The translations under genes and the position numbers were made by a program. Shown piece by piece: positions 8,739-17,966 of a DNA stretch of 32,000 bases. The stretch spans positions 570,001 through 602,000 of the forward strand of contig NC_016070.1 of the NCBI RefSeq assembly GCF_000253055.1. Reading direction: 5' to 3'. Origin of the DNA: Thermoproteus tenax Kra 1 (GTDB lineage Archaea; Thermoproteota; Thermoprotei; Thermoproteales; Thermoproteaceae). Numbering within the stretch: the stretch's first letter is position 1; every line of letters starts with the position of its first letter. The notes below the pieces were generated by a model. It made no database searches. It saw only the letters and a list, made by a program, of their open reading frames with translations, and was not told the origin of the DNA.

Positions 8739-10451
8739 TTATAATATTACTTGTTCCCAGGGATACCTCTTACTCCATTTTTCCTCCCTTAACCTCTTGA
8801 GCTCCTCCATCATACTCTCAAATTCAGCCCTCTCTATACGTCTGAAGAGCGGTTGCACATCTCCGAGAGCTACGCCCGGATCGGGCCTTCTGGTCGCCTC
8901 TCTCCACAAGATGGGCGGCCTCAGTCCCATCATCTGCCAGAGCCTCTCCATCGATGCGGGCACCACTGGGTACATAATTATTGCAACGTTTCTCACGGCC
9001 CAATAGGCGTTGTACATTATAGTATTCGCCTCCTCTGGCCTCTCCTTCGCCGCTTGCCAAGGGGCCCTCAAATTGAGATATCTATTTCCCTCCCTAGCCA
9101 ACTCGACCGCTGTAGCCAAGGCATCTTTCAACTCTATTCTTTCGTAGTGCTCCTCCGCCTTCTTGGTGAGCTCCTGTATCTTGGCCGCGAAGGCCTCGTC
9201 CTCCGCCGTTGAGGCTCCAGGCGCGGGGACGACTCCCTTCATCCTGCTCTTTATGAACGAGAGGACGCGGTGGACGAAATTCCCCACATCGTCGTTCATA
9301 ATCTTGTTAATTATATCCAGAGCGGTTGCCCACGTGAAATCCACATCTCTGTTCTCGGGCCTTAAATACACTAGGACGAAACGCCAGTAGTCGGCCGGCA
9401 TAAGCTTCAAGGCCTCGTCGATCCATATGCCCCACCTCCTGCTCTTAGATATCTTGTCTCCCTCGTATGTGAGATACTCTGTGGACGACGTAGTGAGCCT
9501 AGTGGTGTAGCCCTCGCCGCTTGCGAAGATCAGCGCCGGCAGTATAATCACGTGGAACGGTATATTGTCCTTGCCTACGAAGAACACAGCCTTCGCCGAG
9601 GGGTCCTTCCAGAAGTACTCCCACTTCTCCGGCTCCCCTCGCGCCTCAAAATACTCCTTGACCGCAGAAATGTACCCCAACACGGCCTCGAACCACACGT
9701 AGATAGTCTTGCCCTCGGCTCCGGGGAACGGGGCCGGTATGCCCCATCTGTTGTCCCTAGTTATGGCCCTGGCCCTCAGACCTTCTCTGAGTATTGACAA
9801 GGACATCTCCCGGGCGTTCTGGGGGAGCTCGCTGTTGTTCTCCACGTATCTCTTCACGGGCTCCTCCAGCCTCTTTAAATCTAGATACCAATGTTTAGTT
9901 TTGCGCCACTCAGGCTTGGCGCCACAGATTGCGCATTTCGGCTCTACGAGGAGCCGCGGCTCGAGGAGTCTGCCGCACCTCTCGCACTGATCTCCTCTCG
10001 CCCTCTCATATCCGCAGTATGGACATTTGCCTATAATGAATCTATCTGGCAGAAAGATCTTGTCGTTGGGACAGTACGGGAGCTCATCCTCTTGTATAAA
10101 TATATAATTATTTTTATATATTTTTTCAAAAAATTTTCGAACAAACCCAATATGAGTTTCACTATGTGTATGAGTATATAAATCGAATGAAATATTCCAA
10201 CGTTTAAACAGCTCCGACACTATCTCGTGCATCCGCATGGCGTACTCTTTGGGGTCCACGCCCAACTGTATCGCCTCTACCTCTATAGGCGTTCCATGCA
10301 TGTCTGAGCCCGACACAAACACAACTTCGTGTTCCCTCATCCTTAGGTACCGTGCGTATACGTCTGCAGATAGCACTGAGCCTATCATGTTGCCTATATG
10401 GGGGACCGTCTGTACGTAGGGCCACGCACTGCCTATAATGAACTTTGCCAT
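8739..10451 (-). CDS. metG: methionyl-tRNA synthetase
   Basis: [14 protein letters not shown] (HIGH), double zinc-knuckle CPNDK...CPYCG...CERCG...CAICG, KISKS motif; lacks the appended C-terminal tRNA-binding domain. Confidence 0.96.
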   Translation of the reverse strand: MAKFIIGSAWPYVQTVPHIGNMIGSVLSADVYARYLRMREHEVVFVSGSDMHGTPIEVEAIQLGVDPKEYAMRMHEIVSELFKRWNISFDLYTHTHSETHIGFVRKFFEKIYKNNYIFIQEDELPYCPNDKIFLPDRFIIGKCPYCGYERARGDQCERCGRLLEPRLLVEPKCAICGAKPEWRKTKHWYLDLKRLEEPVKRYVENNSELPQNAREMSLSILREGLRARAITRDNRWGIPAPFPGAEGKTIYVWFEAVLGYISAVKEYFEARGEPEKWEYFWKDPSAKAVFFVGKDNIPFHVIILPALIFASGEGYTTRLTTSSTEYLTYEGDKISKSRRWGIWIDEALKLMPADYWRFVLVYLRPENRDVDFTWATALDIINKIMNDDVGNFVHRVLSFIKSRMKGVVPAPGASTAEDEAFAAKIQELTKKAEEHYERIELKDALATAVELAREGNRYLNLRAPWQAAKERPEEANTIMYNAYWAVRNVAIIMYPVVPASMERLWQMMGLRPPILWREATRRPDPGVALGDVQPLFRRIERAEFESMMEELKRLREEKWSKRYPWEQVIL

Positions 10452-10501
10452 GGGACGAGATCCTTCTGATTCTATAAAAATTTCGAGATCTCCTCCTGGG
10501 A

Positions 10502-11206
10502 TCAGCGGCCGAACCTCCTCTGCCTTCTTGTGTACTCCTCTAGTATCTCTCTTAGGTCCTCCTTCTCTATCTCGGGCCAGTACTTATCTAAAAAGAAGAG
10601 CTCAGTGTACGCACTCTGATACAGGAGGAAGTTGCTCAACCTCTTCTCGCCGCCCGTCCTAATAAGTATGTCCGGCTCCGGGTACTGGAGATAGCTCGTG
10701 TCGAGACAATTGAACAAGCTAGTCTCATTCAATTCCGCCAGTCTAACCTCGCCGTTTATGATCCTCTTGATGCACCTCACTATCTCCGCGCGTCCACCAT
10801 ACCCCAGGGCCAATGTGAGGTCGTAATCGCCGTACCTCTCAGTCTCTTTCTCGAGCTTCTCCATCTCCTCCACTAGATCCCGCGGCAGAATTGATCTATC
10901 TCCGATGAATCTAACTCTGACCCTGTTGTCGTGAATTATGGGATCTTCCCGCGTCCTCCTTATTTCGTCCTTGAATACTCTGAAGAGGAGCTCCAGCTCG
11001 GCCTTGCTCCTCTGCAGATTTTCGGTGGAGAGCGCGTAGAAGGTCATATGTTTTATCTCCCTATATTCAAGGACCCAGGTGGCGAATTTCCTCACCTTCT
11101 CCACGCCCCTCCTATAGGCCTCCAGGAAACTCAGCCCATATTTCTTGGCGTATCTCCTATTGCCGTCCGGTATAACTGCGATGTGTTTCGGAAGTCTAAC
11201 AGACAT
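10502..11206 (-). CDS. uppS: cis-prenyltransferase (undecaprenyl/polyprenyl diphosphate synthase family)
   Basis: [68 protein letters not shown]. Confidence 0.95.
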   Translation of the reverse strand: MSVRLPKHIAVIPDGNRRYAKKYGLSFLEAYRRGVEKVRKFATWVLEYREIKHMTFYALSTENLQRSKAELELLFRVFKDEIRRTREDPIIHDNRVRVRFIGDRSILPRDLVEEMEKLEKETERYGDYDLTLALGYGGRAEIVRCIKRIINGEVRLAELNETSLFNCLDTSYLQYPEPDILIRTGGEKRLSNFLLYQSAYTELFFLDKYWPEIEKEDLREILEEYTRRQRRFGR

Positions 11207-11522
11207 TTTCCCCCACGTGTCTGTCGTCTTGTTCTAACGTCGTCAAGAGCGTCGGCTTTTCGCAGGTGGCCAACAACATGCCCTGGCTCTCATACCCCAT
11301 GATAGTCCTAGGTTGGAGGTTTGCGACTACTACGACGTATTTCCCCACGAGGTCCTCCGGCCTGTAGACCTCCGCCAGGCCCGCCACGATCTGTCTCCTC
11401 TCAGAGCCTAGATCTACTATCAGCCTTATGAGCTTTCTAGACCCCTCTATTCGGGCCGCCTCGACGACCTTTCCGACTTTCAATTGTATCTTTTTAAAGT
11501 CGTCTATCGTAATAAAGCTCAC
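11196..11522 (-). CDS. standalone tRNA-binding domain protein (MetRS beta / CsaA-like)
   Basis: DFKKIQLKVGKVVEAARIEGSRKLIRLIVDLGSERRQIVAGLAE...VVVVANLQPRTIMGYESQGMLLA matches the EMAP/MetRS-beta OB-fold. Confidence 0.9.
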   Translation of the reverse strand: MSFITIDDFKKIQLKVGKVVEAARIEGSRKLIRLIVDLGSERRQIVAGLAEVYRPEDLVGKYVVVVANLQPRTIMGYESQGMLLATCEKPTLLTTLEQDDRHVGENVC

Positions 11523-11574
11523 AGCAAGGCGTCTCGAAATGTATATAAAGTTTACCGCATCTTTACAGCAGAAA

Positions 11575-11860
11575 GCCTCGCCCTTCAGGGCGTGGTGAAT
11601 TTAATCTACGGCAGAGCTGGTGAAGACAGCGGAAGGGAGGGGCAAGGACGGGCGCCGCGCGGGGGCGAACCCAAGCGCGGAATGGCCCAGGCGGGGGACG
11701 CCGCAGTGCCCTCCGCCCGGGCTGTCCGCCTGAGGCCCATCCCCACGGCGGCGCAGGATAGAGGCGTACTGCCCGACGTCGAACGGATCAACCCCGAGGA
11801 GGGGCAACGGGTGAGGCCCCAACGGTGGAAACTCCGCCTAAGGCGAGGAGGAGGTCATCT
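11575..11860 (-). other. putative structured non-coding block ending in a TnpB/omegaRNA-type terminal hairpin (decayed IS200/IS605 right end?)
   Basis: GC-rich block without a credible ORF. On the minus strand a 9-bp stem CCCGGGCGG/CCGCCTGGG uses a G-U wobble that would be A-C on the plus strand. The block terminates in CGCCCTGAAGGGCGAGGCTT. Confidence 0.35.
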
Positions 11861-12250
11861 TAAGACTAGGTCCCTATAGGCAGGGCCTACCGCGTAGACT
11901 ATCACATTCTTCAGAGCTGCCGAATCTTTGATCTCGTAATTGATCTGCACAGCGACCCCTTGCGCTATATGGACGAATGCCACTCTCTCTATAAAATTTC
12001 CCACAATTCTCTCTTGGACAGGAGTTATGGTCGCAAAGTCGTCGCCGCCCACCGCCAGATAGACATCGAGCCTCTGGAGAGTCCCGTCTGGAGAAACTCT
12101 GCACTCTATAAAGATGGGCCCGTCAACCTTTTTCAACTCGACGGGGACGCCGATTTTTTTGAACTTGGAGATAACCATTGAGACTGTGTTCACAACTTGG
12201 TCCTTGCTCGGCAACGGCAACAACATCACCGCCGGCGGCGCGGAGATCAT
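11855..12250 (-). CDS. hypothetical protein
   Basis: 131-aa ORF with protein-like composition (KKIGVPVELKKVDGPIFIECRVSPDGT). Confidence 0.6.
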   Translation of the reverse strand: MISAPPAVMLLPLPSKDQVVNTVSMVISKFKKIGVPVELKKVDGPIFIECRVSPDGTLQRLDVYLAVGGDDFATITPVQERIVGNFIERVAFVHIAQGVAVQINYEIKDSAALKNVIVYAVGPAYRDLVLR

Positions 12251-12255
12251 ACAAC

Positions 12256-14745
12256 CTAGTCTTTACCTCTCTTTAACTTTATCGCAACGACGGCCGCGTA
12301 GGCTATGCCGAATGCGGCCATATAACCCAACAGCAGCACCTCGGGCACGCCGAGGATGCTCTCGACCACAGTGACGGCCTCGGCGTTTGAGTAGTTTGCA
12401 TCCACATATGGATTACCGCCGTAATACGCCCTAACTATGTAGGAGCCTGGAGCTGGCAACTCTATGTGTGTAACAGTCCTCTGACTATTTATATATTCAG
12501 TAAAAGAATATGTATTATTATTATTAATATTTTGAGCAATAATAGTAAGAGTACTATTATATATCTTCGCTGATGTACTAATTATCACTATTACGTCGAT
12601 CTTTGAATTGGGCAGAGCCAATCTGGAGGGGATCTCAATTATGATGCTGGAGGGGTTCTTCTGGACCTCCACTACGGCGGAGGCCTTACATGAATAGTAT
12701 CTATCGTCGCCGGGAAAGATGGCCGACAATATGTGGCTGCCCGTCGAATTAAACGTTATATTGCCGAGTCTGAATTTCCCTACGTAGTTATTATCAACAT
12801 ATATATATGGCGTCACTTGGCTTTCCAACAAAATAGTATAAGTATGTAATACATATACTTTTGATGAATTTAATAAAATTTTTATATAACAATTTGCTTT
12901 ACTAATATATATTAATTTTGTGGCATATCCACTAGAGTAGTTCTTTGAGGCGCTCTGAAACACAGCTGTGATGTTAAATACGCCCGACCTCGGCGGACTC
13001 CACGACACATTGACAAAGGAGAGGGGTGCGCTGTAGATCAACGTATTGTTTACATAGATAGATAGCGTGCCCGCCACAGACGGACTAGCCCGCGCCCATA
13101 TGGAGATAGGCACGCCGTAGACCGAGCGGTCGGGCGCCGAGATCTCCACAGATACTGTAGCGCTCTCAACGATGAGCACCGCCGAGGCAGATGTCGGGAA
13201 GAGGTTGGGCGATCCAGGATAGCTGACAGTTATAGTGTAGATGCCGGCTGGGAGAGGCGGCAGAGATATGGCTGCAGAGCCGTTGACGAAGACCTCCTCG
13301 GTGAAGTTCGATACTCTCACGTCTACATAGCCTTGGACCGGCCTGCCGTATACTGTGAGCCTCACAGGGATTGTCAGGCTTTCCCCGTAGCGCGCCTTGA
13401 TTTCATACGGCAGAGAGAGCGAGGGCTGCGAGCGAGCGACGACCAATGTGACATTGTAGTAAGCCGGGAGAAAGTTTCTACTAGACGGCGTAAAGGCCAC
13501 AGTGAGGCTGTGGACGCCTGCGCCCAACTCCATTGTGTCTATTGTGAACCCATTGAGTCTTCCGTCGACGTAGACAGCCTCCGATCCTTGGGGCTCGACA
13601 GTCGAATAGGCTCTCGCCGATATCTGGGCCACTTGTCCGTAGTTTAACACGACTACGCTTCCCGCTGTAGAGCCGTTGACGAAGACCTTGAGCGAGACTG
13701 GGGCGGGGCTCACAATGAGGTATCGGGCGAGGGCCTCCTCCGTCGTGTTGACGGTCTGCAGAGCTACTGTAGTCACGTTGTAGACTCCGGCATCTAGGGA
13801 CGGCAGATTCACAACAAGAGGCGTAATGCCCGACGCCACTGTAGTGCCGTTCACTAATACAACTACGGGCAACTTGAGCGGGGCGCCCGCCACGTAGGCA
13901 ACCACCGAATAGCTAATCGGCGTTCCATAGGTCGTCCTCTCCGAGAACCCGCTCAACCTCACCTCAGGGCTGGCCCTATTTATTGTAAGAGTGGCGTTGG
14001 CCAAAATCAACGAGCCTTCGTAGAGCAAGAGCGTGAAGTTGCCGGCCGGCAATGCGAACCTCGGTATCGATGCCCCCGACTGAGCGGATGCGCTGAAAAG
14101 GACCGCGCTCGAGTTCTCAATTATGAGCATGCCAGGCTCCGCCAGCGGGGGGCTCATCGTGAGGTTCACTCCGTAGCCGTATGTAGAACTGAGGGGAGAG
14201 ATAGTCGGCGTCACTATGTAGGTGAATCTGGCGTAGAACGTGCCGTTCGTGAGAAGCATTGAGTAAAGGCCAGAGTAGGGAGGGACATAGCTCGTGTTGA
14301 GGGGAACTGCAGTCCCATTGGCATATAGCTTTATACCTATACAAGATGAAGATACATTTACATATATTTTACTAGTAAAGTTTGCTGATGAATAATTAAT
14401 ATAACATATATTTTCTACTGGTAGTATTTTCTCAGTCCCGTTAACTTTGATAATAACAGGATTGCCTGTAGGATATAGCCCTACATTTATTATATTGTTT
14501 TTAATAACTATAAAATCTATTATAGCATTAGTAATATTTATTTTTGTTGAATTTATATTTATTGATGAATTTATTATTATCGTTATATTTGTATATGTAT
14601 TTGCGTTAACAGCCGATGGATACACCTGCATATCGCTATCCCATAGATATGGCACATTGAACAGAGAGCCGGCATAAACGTTAATAGATACTGCGACAGA
14701 GACTAATATGAGTATTAAGGCGATGACCTTCGACGTCTGGGGCAC
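12256..14745 (-). CDS. large secreted/cell-surface protein with tandem Ig-like domains and C-terminal TM anchor
   Basis: GTG start at about 14745 gives a signal-peptide-like VPQTSKVIALILILVSVAVSINVYAG. Repeated Ig-like units (VYGVPISIWARASPS..., TYGTPISYSVVAYV...). C-terminus VLLLGYMAAFGIAYAAVVAIKLKRGKD. Confidence 0.75.
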   Translation of the reverse strand: MPQTSKVIALILILVSVAVSINVYAGSLFNVPYLWDSDMQVYPSAVNANTYTNITIIINSSININSTKINITNAIIDFIVIKNNIINVGLYPTGNPVIIKVNGTEKILPVENICYINYSSANFTSKIYVNVSSSCIGIKLYANGTAVPLNTSYVPPYSGLYSMLLTNGTFYARFTYIVTPTISPLSSTYGYGVNLTMSPPLAEPGMLIIENSSAVLFSASAQSGASIPRFALPAGNFTLLLYEGSLILANATLTINRASPEVRLSGFSERTTYGTPISYSVVAYVAGAPLKLPVVVLVNGTTVASGITPLVVNLPSLDAGVYNVTTVALQTVNTTEEALARYLIVSPAPVSLKVFVNGSTAGSVVVLNYGQVAQISARAYSTVEPQGSEAVYVDGRLNGFTIDTMELGAGVHSLTVAFTPSSRNFLPAYYNVTLVVARSQPSLSLPYEIKARYGESLTIPVRLTVYGRPVQGYVDVRVSNFTEEVFVNGSAAISLPPLPAGIYTITVSYPGSPNLFPTSASAVLIVESATVSVEISAPDRSVYGVPISIWARASPSVAGTLSIYVNNTLIYSAPLSFVNVSWSPPRSGVFNITAVFQSASKNYSSGYATKLIYISKANCYIKILLNSSKVYVLHTYTILLESQVTPYIYVDNNYVGKFRLGNITFNSTGSHILSAIFPGDDRYYSCKASAVVEVQKNPSSIIIEIPSRLALPNSKIDVIVIISTSAKIYNSTLTIIAQNINNNNTYSFTEYINSQRTVTHIELPAPGSYIVRAYYGGNPYVDANYSNAEAVTVVESILGVPEVLLLGYMAAFGIAYAAVVAIKLKRGKD

Positions 14746-15460
14746 TATCTTCCCAGTGGAGCCCGCTATAAAGGTTGTCGCCGATGTTCTAACGAAGGCG
14801 TTGGGCAATAGAGTGCCGTGGAGCACTATCTACTCCTTTATACAAGACGAGAGGAGGGCATTAAAGTTGGCGCGTAGAGAGAGACAAGAGCTCATACCGC
14901 CCACCTACAACCTCTTCAACATAAGGAGGAAACTAAGGGAGAGGGGCATCCTCGCCGATTTTGACGTATACGAGGCCCAAGACCTAATCGATAAGGCGGT
15001 GGGAGCCCTTGAGATCTCTCCATTTTTAGACGCCGTGGAGGCCGCCAAGGCTGCCCGCGACGATGGATACAAATTGGGTATAGTCTCCAATGTGCTCCTA
15101 TGGAGATCCAGGGCGACTAGAGAGCTGTTGACTAAATACGGTATAGCTGATCTCTTCGACGTACAGATCTACGCTGACGACGTTGGCTACGTCAAGCCGA
15201 GCATCAAGCTATTCGAGATGGCGTCCTCGCTCCTCGCGGGCGACGTCATACCGGACGTCTATATACACGTCGGAGACGACCTCTTTGAGGACTTCTTAGG
15301 GGCTATTATGTCCGGTTTCCAGGCCGTACTAGTGGACCGCGCCGGCGTCTACATCAAGAGGGAGTACCACGAGGCTATTCCTTGCAGAGCATATATAGCC
15401 CGCGATCTGAGGGCGCTGCCCCTAATCGCCCATCAGATAGAGAGCTGTGTCAGTAGATAA
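14708..15460 (+). CDS. HAD superfamily hydrolase
   Basis: FDVWGTIFPVE (motif I variant), LGIVSN, VKPS, HVGDDLFEDFLGA. Start may be the internal ATG at 14723. Confidence 0.85.
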   Translation: MSIKAMTFDVWGTIFPVEPAIKVVADVLTKALGNRVPWSTIYSFIQDERRALKLARRERQELIPPTYNLFNIRRKLRERGILADFDVYEAQDLIDKAVGALEISPFLDAVEAAKAARDDGYKLGIVSNVLLWRSRATRELLTKYGIADLFDVQIYADDVGYVKPSIKLFEMASSLLAGDVIPDVYIHVGDDLFEDFLGAIMSGFQAVLVDRAGVYIKREYHEAIPCRAYIARDLRALPLIAHQIESCVSR

Positions 15461-16194
15461 CGTGCGTAGGACAGAAGCGATGATACGCCCGGGGACTCCT
15501 CGGGCCTGAGCTTTAGCACCTCTATCTCCAGAGCTTGTCTGGCGAGGCCCAACAGCGGATCGTAGGGTACCACGTGGGGCTCTTCTCCGAAGGCGTCTCT
15601 CACGATGTCGGGCCAGTCGCCGCCGTATATTCCGGAGACCTTGGCCTCTTTCATATACATATTGAGAATAGGCTTAAGCCGCCTTCCGCCCAACTCGGCC
15701 GATACCTCGGCTGCGGCGGCAACCGAGGATATGTCGGGCACTGTGACAGGGACCACGTAGTCGAACAAACCCTGTAGAGGGGAGCCTCTGCCCAACGGCG
15801 GAGAGTCTATTATTAATAACATGGAGCCGAGCCTCTGCTCTAGCTGTTTAGTAAGCGCCTCAAAGGGCTTTCTGAAGAAAGGCGCCGGCCTCGTCATGAA
15901 CGAGAACACCACGTTGAACTCGTCGCTCTGAATCTGCCACCGCCTCAAATAGAAGGCTTGTAGAGGGTCTATCAGTCTTCCGTCCAAATAGTCAGATAGA
16001 TTCATCCCCTTAACTTCGCGCGAGCCCATGAGCAACATGCTGGCTGTGCCGGGCGATGGAGTCAGATCTATCAAAACGACTGGATATTTACTCTTGTTCC
16101 TATACGCATAGGCCAACGCTACAGCGATGTTCACTGCGAGTGTCGTCTTGCCTGTACCTCCCTTAACACCTGAGGAGAAGGCCAGCGTCTTCAT
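15433..16194 (-). CDS. ParA/MinD-like P-loop ATPase
   Basis: Deviant Walker A GVKGGTGKTTLAVNIA, VLIDLTPSPG, LLIIDSPP. Confidence 0.88.
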   Translation of the reverse strand: MKTLAFSSGVKGGTGKTTLAVNIAVALAYAYRNKSKYPVVLIDLTPSPGTASMLLMGSREVKGMNLSDYLDGRLIDPLQAFYLRRWQIQSDEFNVVFSFMTRPAPFFRKPFEALTKQLEQRLGSMLLIIDSPPLGRGSPLQGLFDYVVPVTVPDISSVAAAAEVSAELGGRRLKPILNMYMKEAKVSGIYGGDWPDIVRDAFGEEPHVVPYDPLLGLARQALEIEVLKLRPEESPGVSSLLSYARYLLTQLSI

Positions 16195-16430
16195 TCTATC
16201 TGAGGCGGCCTTTCCTGTCGTCTTTTTATCTCCTCTGGCGTTATTGCGGTAGGCTTCGGCTCAACGCGCTGAGCGGGCTGTTGGCGGGAGGGCCTCGTGG
16301 GCCATATGATCAGAAGAGCTCCGACGAGGTACAGGCCCACGGCCACGATGGTAAATTGAGCGGCTTGTGTATACGGGAGCAGTATCAGTATCGACAGCGC
16401 TGTCAACAGTAGGCCTAGGTATTGTCTCAC
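16191..16430 (-). CDS. small membrane protein (about 79 aa)
   Basis: GTG start giving VRQYLGLLLTALSILILLPY...FTIVAVGLYLVGALLIIW (two TM segments); 4-nt overlap with the ParA-like gene. Confidence 0.5.
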   Translation of the reverse strand: MRQYLGLLLTALSILILLPYTQAAQFTIVAVGLYLVGALLIIWPTRPSRQQPAQRVEPKPTAITPEEIKRRQERPPQIE

Positions 16431-16453
16431 ACGAAGATAAAAAATGTTGTTAA

Positions 16454-16762
16454 TTAAGTTCTTTCTGCGATTATGACAGCGCGGCGCACTATGTCGCACA
16501 CAGCAGCAAAGTCGCCTTGTGCCGCGGCCTCCCAAAGCGGCGTATTTCTCTTGAGGATGTATTTCTTGCCTATTTTGTCCAGAAGGCCTTGCGCCATTAG
16601 GGCCTCGCATATGGCCGCCACCCTCAATGTGACCGACCTAGTGGTTCTGTACCTCTCCTCAGACCACCTCGACACATCGCCGACAGTAAAGCTGACCACG
16701 TTCCCCTTGGCGCCCTCCACGAGCTTGGCCAGATACCTGCCTAAGATCTCGCAGACTTCCAC
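16454..16762 (-). CDS. hypothetical DNA-binding-like protein
   Basis: 102-aa ORF with a helical/winged-helix-like segment (TLRVAAICEALMAQGLLDKIGKKYIL). Confidence 0.6.
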   Translation of the reverse strand: MEVCEILGRYLAKLVEGAKGNVVSFTVGDVSRWSEERYRTTRSVTLRVAAICEALMAQGLLDKIGKKYILKRNTPLWEAAAQGDFAAVCDIVRRAVIIAERT

Positions 16763-16792
16763 GACCCTATCGAACTATAGATAAAAATATTT

Positions 16793-17122
16793 TTATTTCG
16801 ATGAGGTGTATATCAGTCTGCCCTCTTCATCAAGCCGCCTTTTGATCCTCCCCTCCTTGGACAGCTCGTCGACTGCCCTCATGATATCGGCTGTGGTATA
16901 CCCCTTCGATCTCCCCCATTTGAATAGCTCGTCCTTACTCGCAGAACCCCGGCTCGATATGAACGAGTAGATCTCCTCTACGATATGCTCCTTCGTCGCT
17001 GTCGGCGTCGAGGAGGCGGCGGCTGGGCGGCTCTCCCCGCCAGTTGGGCTCTCCCCCAAGAAGGCCAACAGATCGCCTCCCTTTTTCTCCTCCCTCTTTC
17101 GCTTGGACACGTTTATTTCCAC
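16793..17122 (-). CDS. winged-helix protein
   Basis: Basic N-terminus, low-complexity linker, then IVEEIYSFISSRGSASKDELFKWGRSKGYTTADIMRAVDELSKEGRIKRR (wHTH-like). Confidence 0.65.
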   Translation of the reverse strand: MEINVSKRKREEKKGGDLLAFLGESPTGGESRPAAASSTPTATKEHIVEEIYSFISSRGSASKDELFKWGRSKGYTTADIMRAVDELSKEGRIKRRLDEEGRLIYTSSK

Positions 17123-17136
17123 TCAGCTAGATATAA

Positions 17137-17847
17137 TTATTCGTCTGTGGACGCTCTGCGTCTCTGAGAGGCGTTGAGGAGGTTGGCGAGGTGCTCCTCC
17201 AAGCTTCGCTCAGCACATTCTAGATCTATCTGCACCACGCCGAGAGGTCCTTGGGCCTTGCTGCATTGAGTCAACCAGCTGGGGACGCCGTCAGAATAGG
17301 CCTTCCCACCCAAAGATATTCCGCCGAGGGCCTCGGAGAGGGCCTTGCGCAGAGGGTTCCCTCTATATTCCACCTGGCCGCCCCTCTTCTCGACAAGGCC
17401 CACGTCTTGGGCTATAGCTATCAAAGATTTGAACGCTACATGGTTCACCCAACTGGACGGAGATATCTCAGCTATCCTCTTATTCAGCTCCTCGTACAGC
17501 TCATCGAGATCCAAGGCCTTCCTCTCAGCCAGGATATCCGCCAGAATCTTGTACTGAACTAGCGAGATGTAGAAGAGCGCGTGGAATATGGCGGGCCCGA
17601 GCGAGTGATACAACGTCAATAGCTCGTAGGCGGCCTCGGTCAGAGACGCAGATTTGTCTGAAGTTTTCACGAGCCCGAGCCTCTCGAGGAAGCGGGTTAT
17701 ATCGCCCTTCCCCTTGCCGAAGTCCAACCCCTCGCTCCTGAGATCCTCCAGAGGCGATGAGCCCCTCTGTGAGACGAGCTGGAGGTACTTTACGAGCCTT
17801 TCGAGCCTTATCGGCGGGAATGGAATGCTTCTTTGAAGATGGAGCAT
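17137..17847 (-). CDS. hypothetical protein with HTH-like N-terminus
   Basis: 236-aa ORF; LVKYLQLVSQRGSSPLEDLRSEGLDFGKG...LERLGLV; same strand as the cluster 15433-17122. Confidence 0.6.
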   Translation of the reverse strand: MLHLQRSIPFPPIRLERLVKYLQLVSQRGSSPLEDLRSEGLDFGKGKGDITRFLERLGLVKTSDKSASLTEAAYELLTLYHSLGPAIFHALFYISLVQYKILADILAERKALDLDELYEELNKRIAEISPSSWVNHVAFKSLIAIAQDVGLVEKRGGQVEYRGNPLRKALSEALGGISLGGKAYSDGVPSWLTQCSKAQGPLGVVQIDLECAERSLEEHLANLLNASQRRRASTDE

Positions 17848-17966
17848 ATAAGGTACGTTATGCGATAAATAAGGCGGATAATGTTGCCTAAGGTCATATC
17901 TGTATCATATGGCACCGGCGCGCGAGACGTCGTCCCACGCTTAAAAAGACCGTTTTAGGACGGCGG

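Noticed and set aside
11484-11879. ORFs 11484-11879 (+), 11601-11822 (-) and 11606-11791 (-)
   Set aside because: Arg/Gly/Pro-rich translations of a GC-rich non-coding block. Minus-strand DVGQYASILRRRG is only weakly reminiscent of a TnpB C-terminus and is not enough to call a gene.
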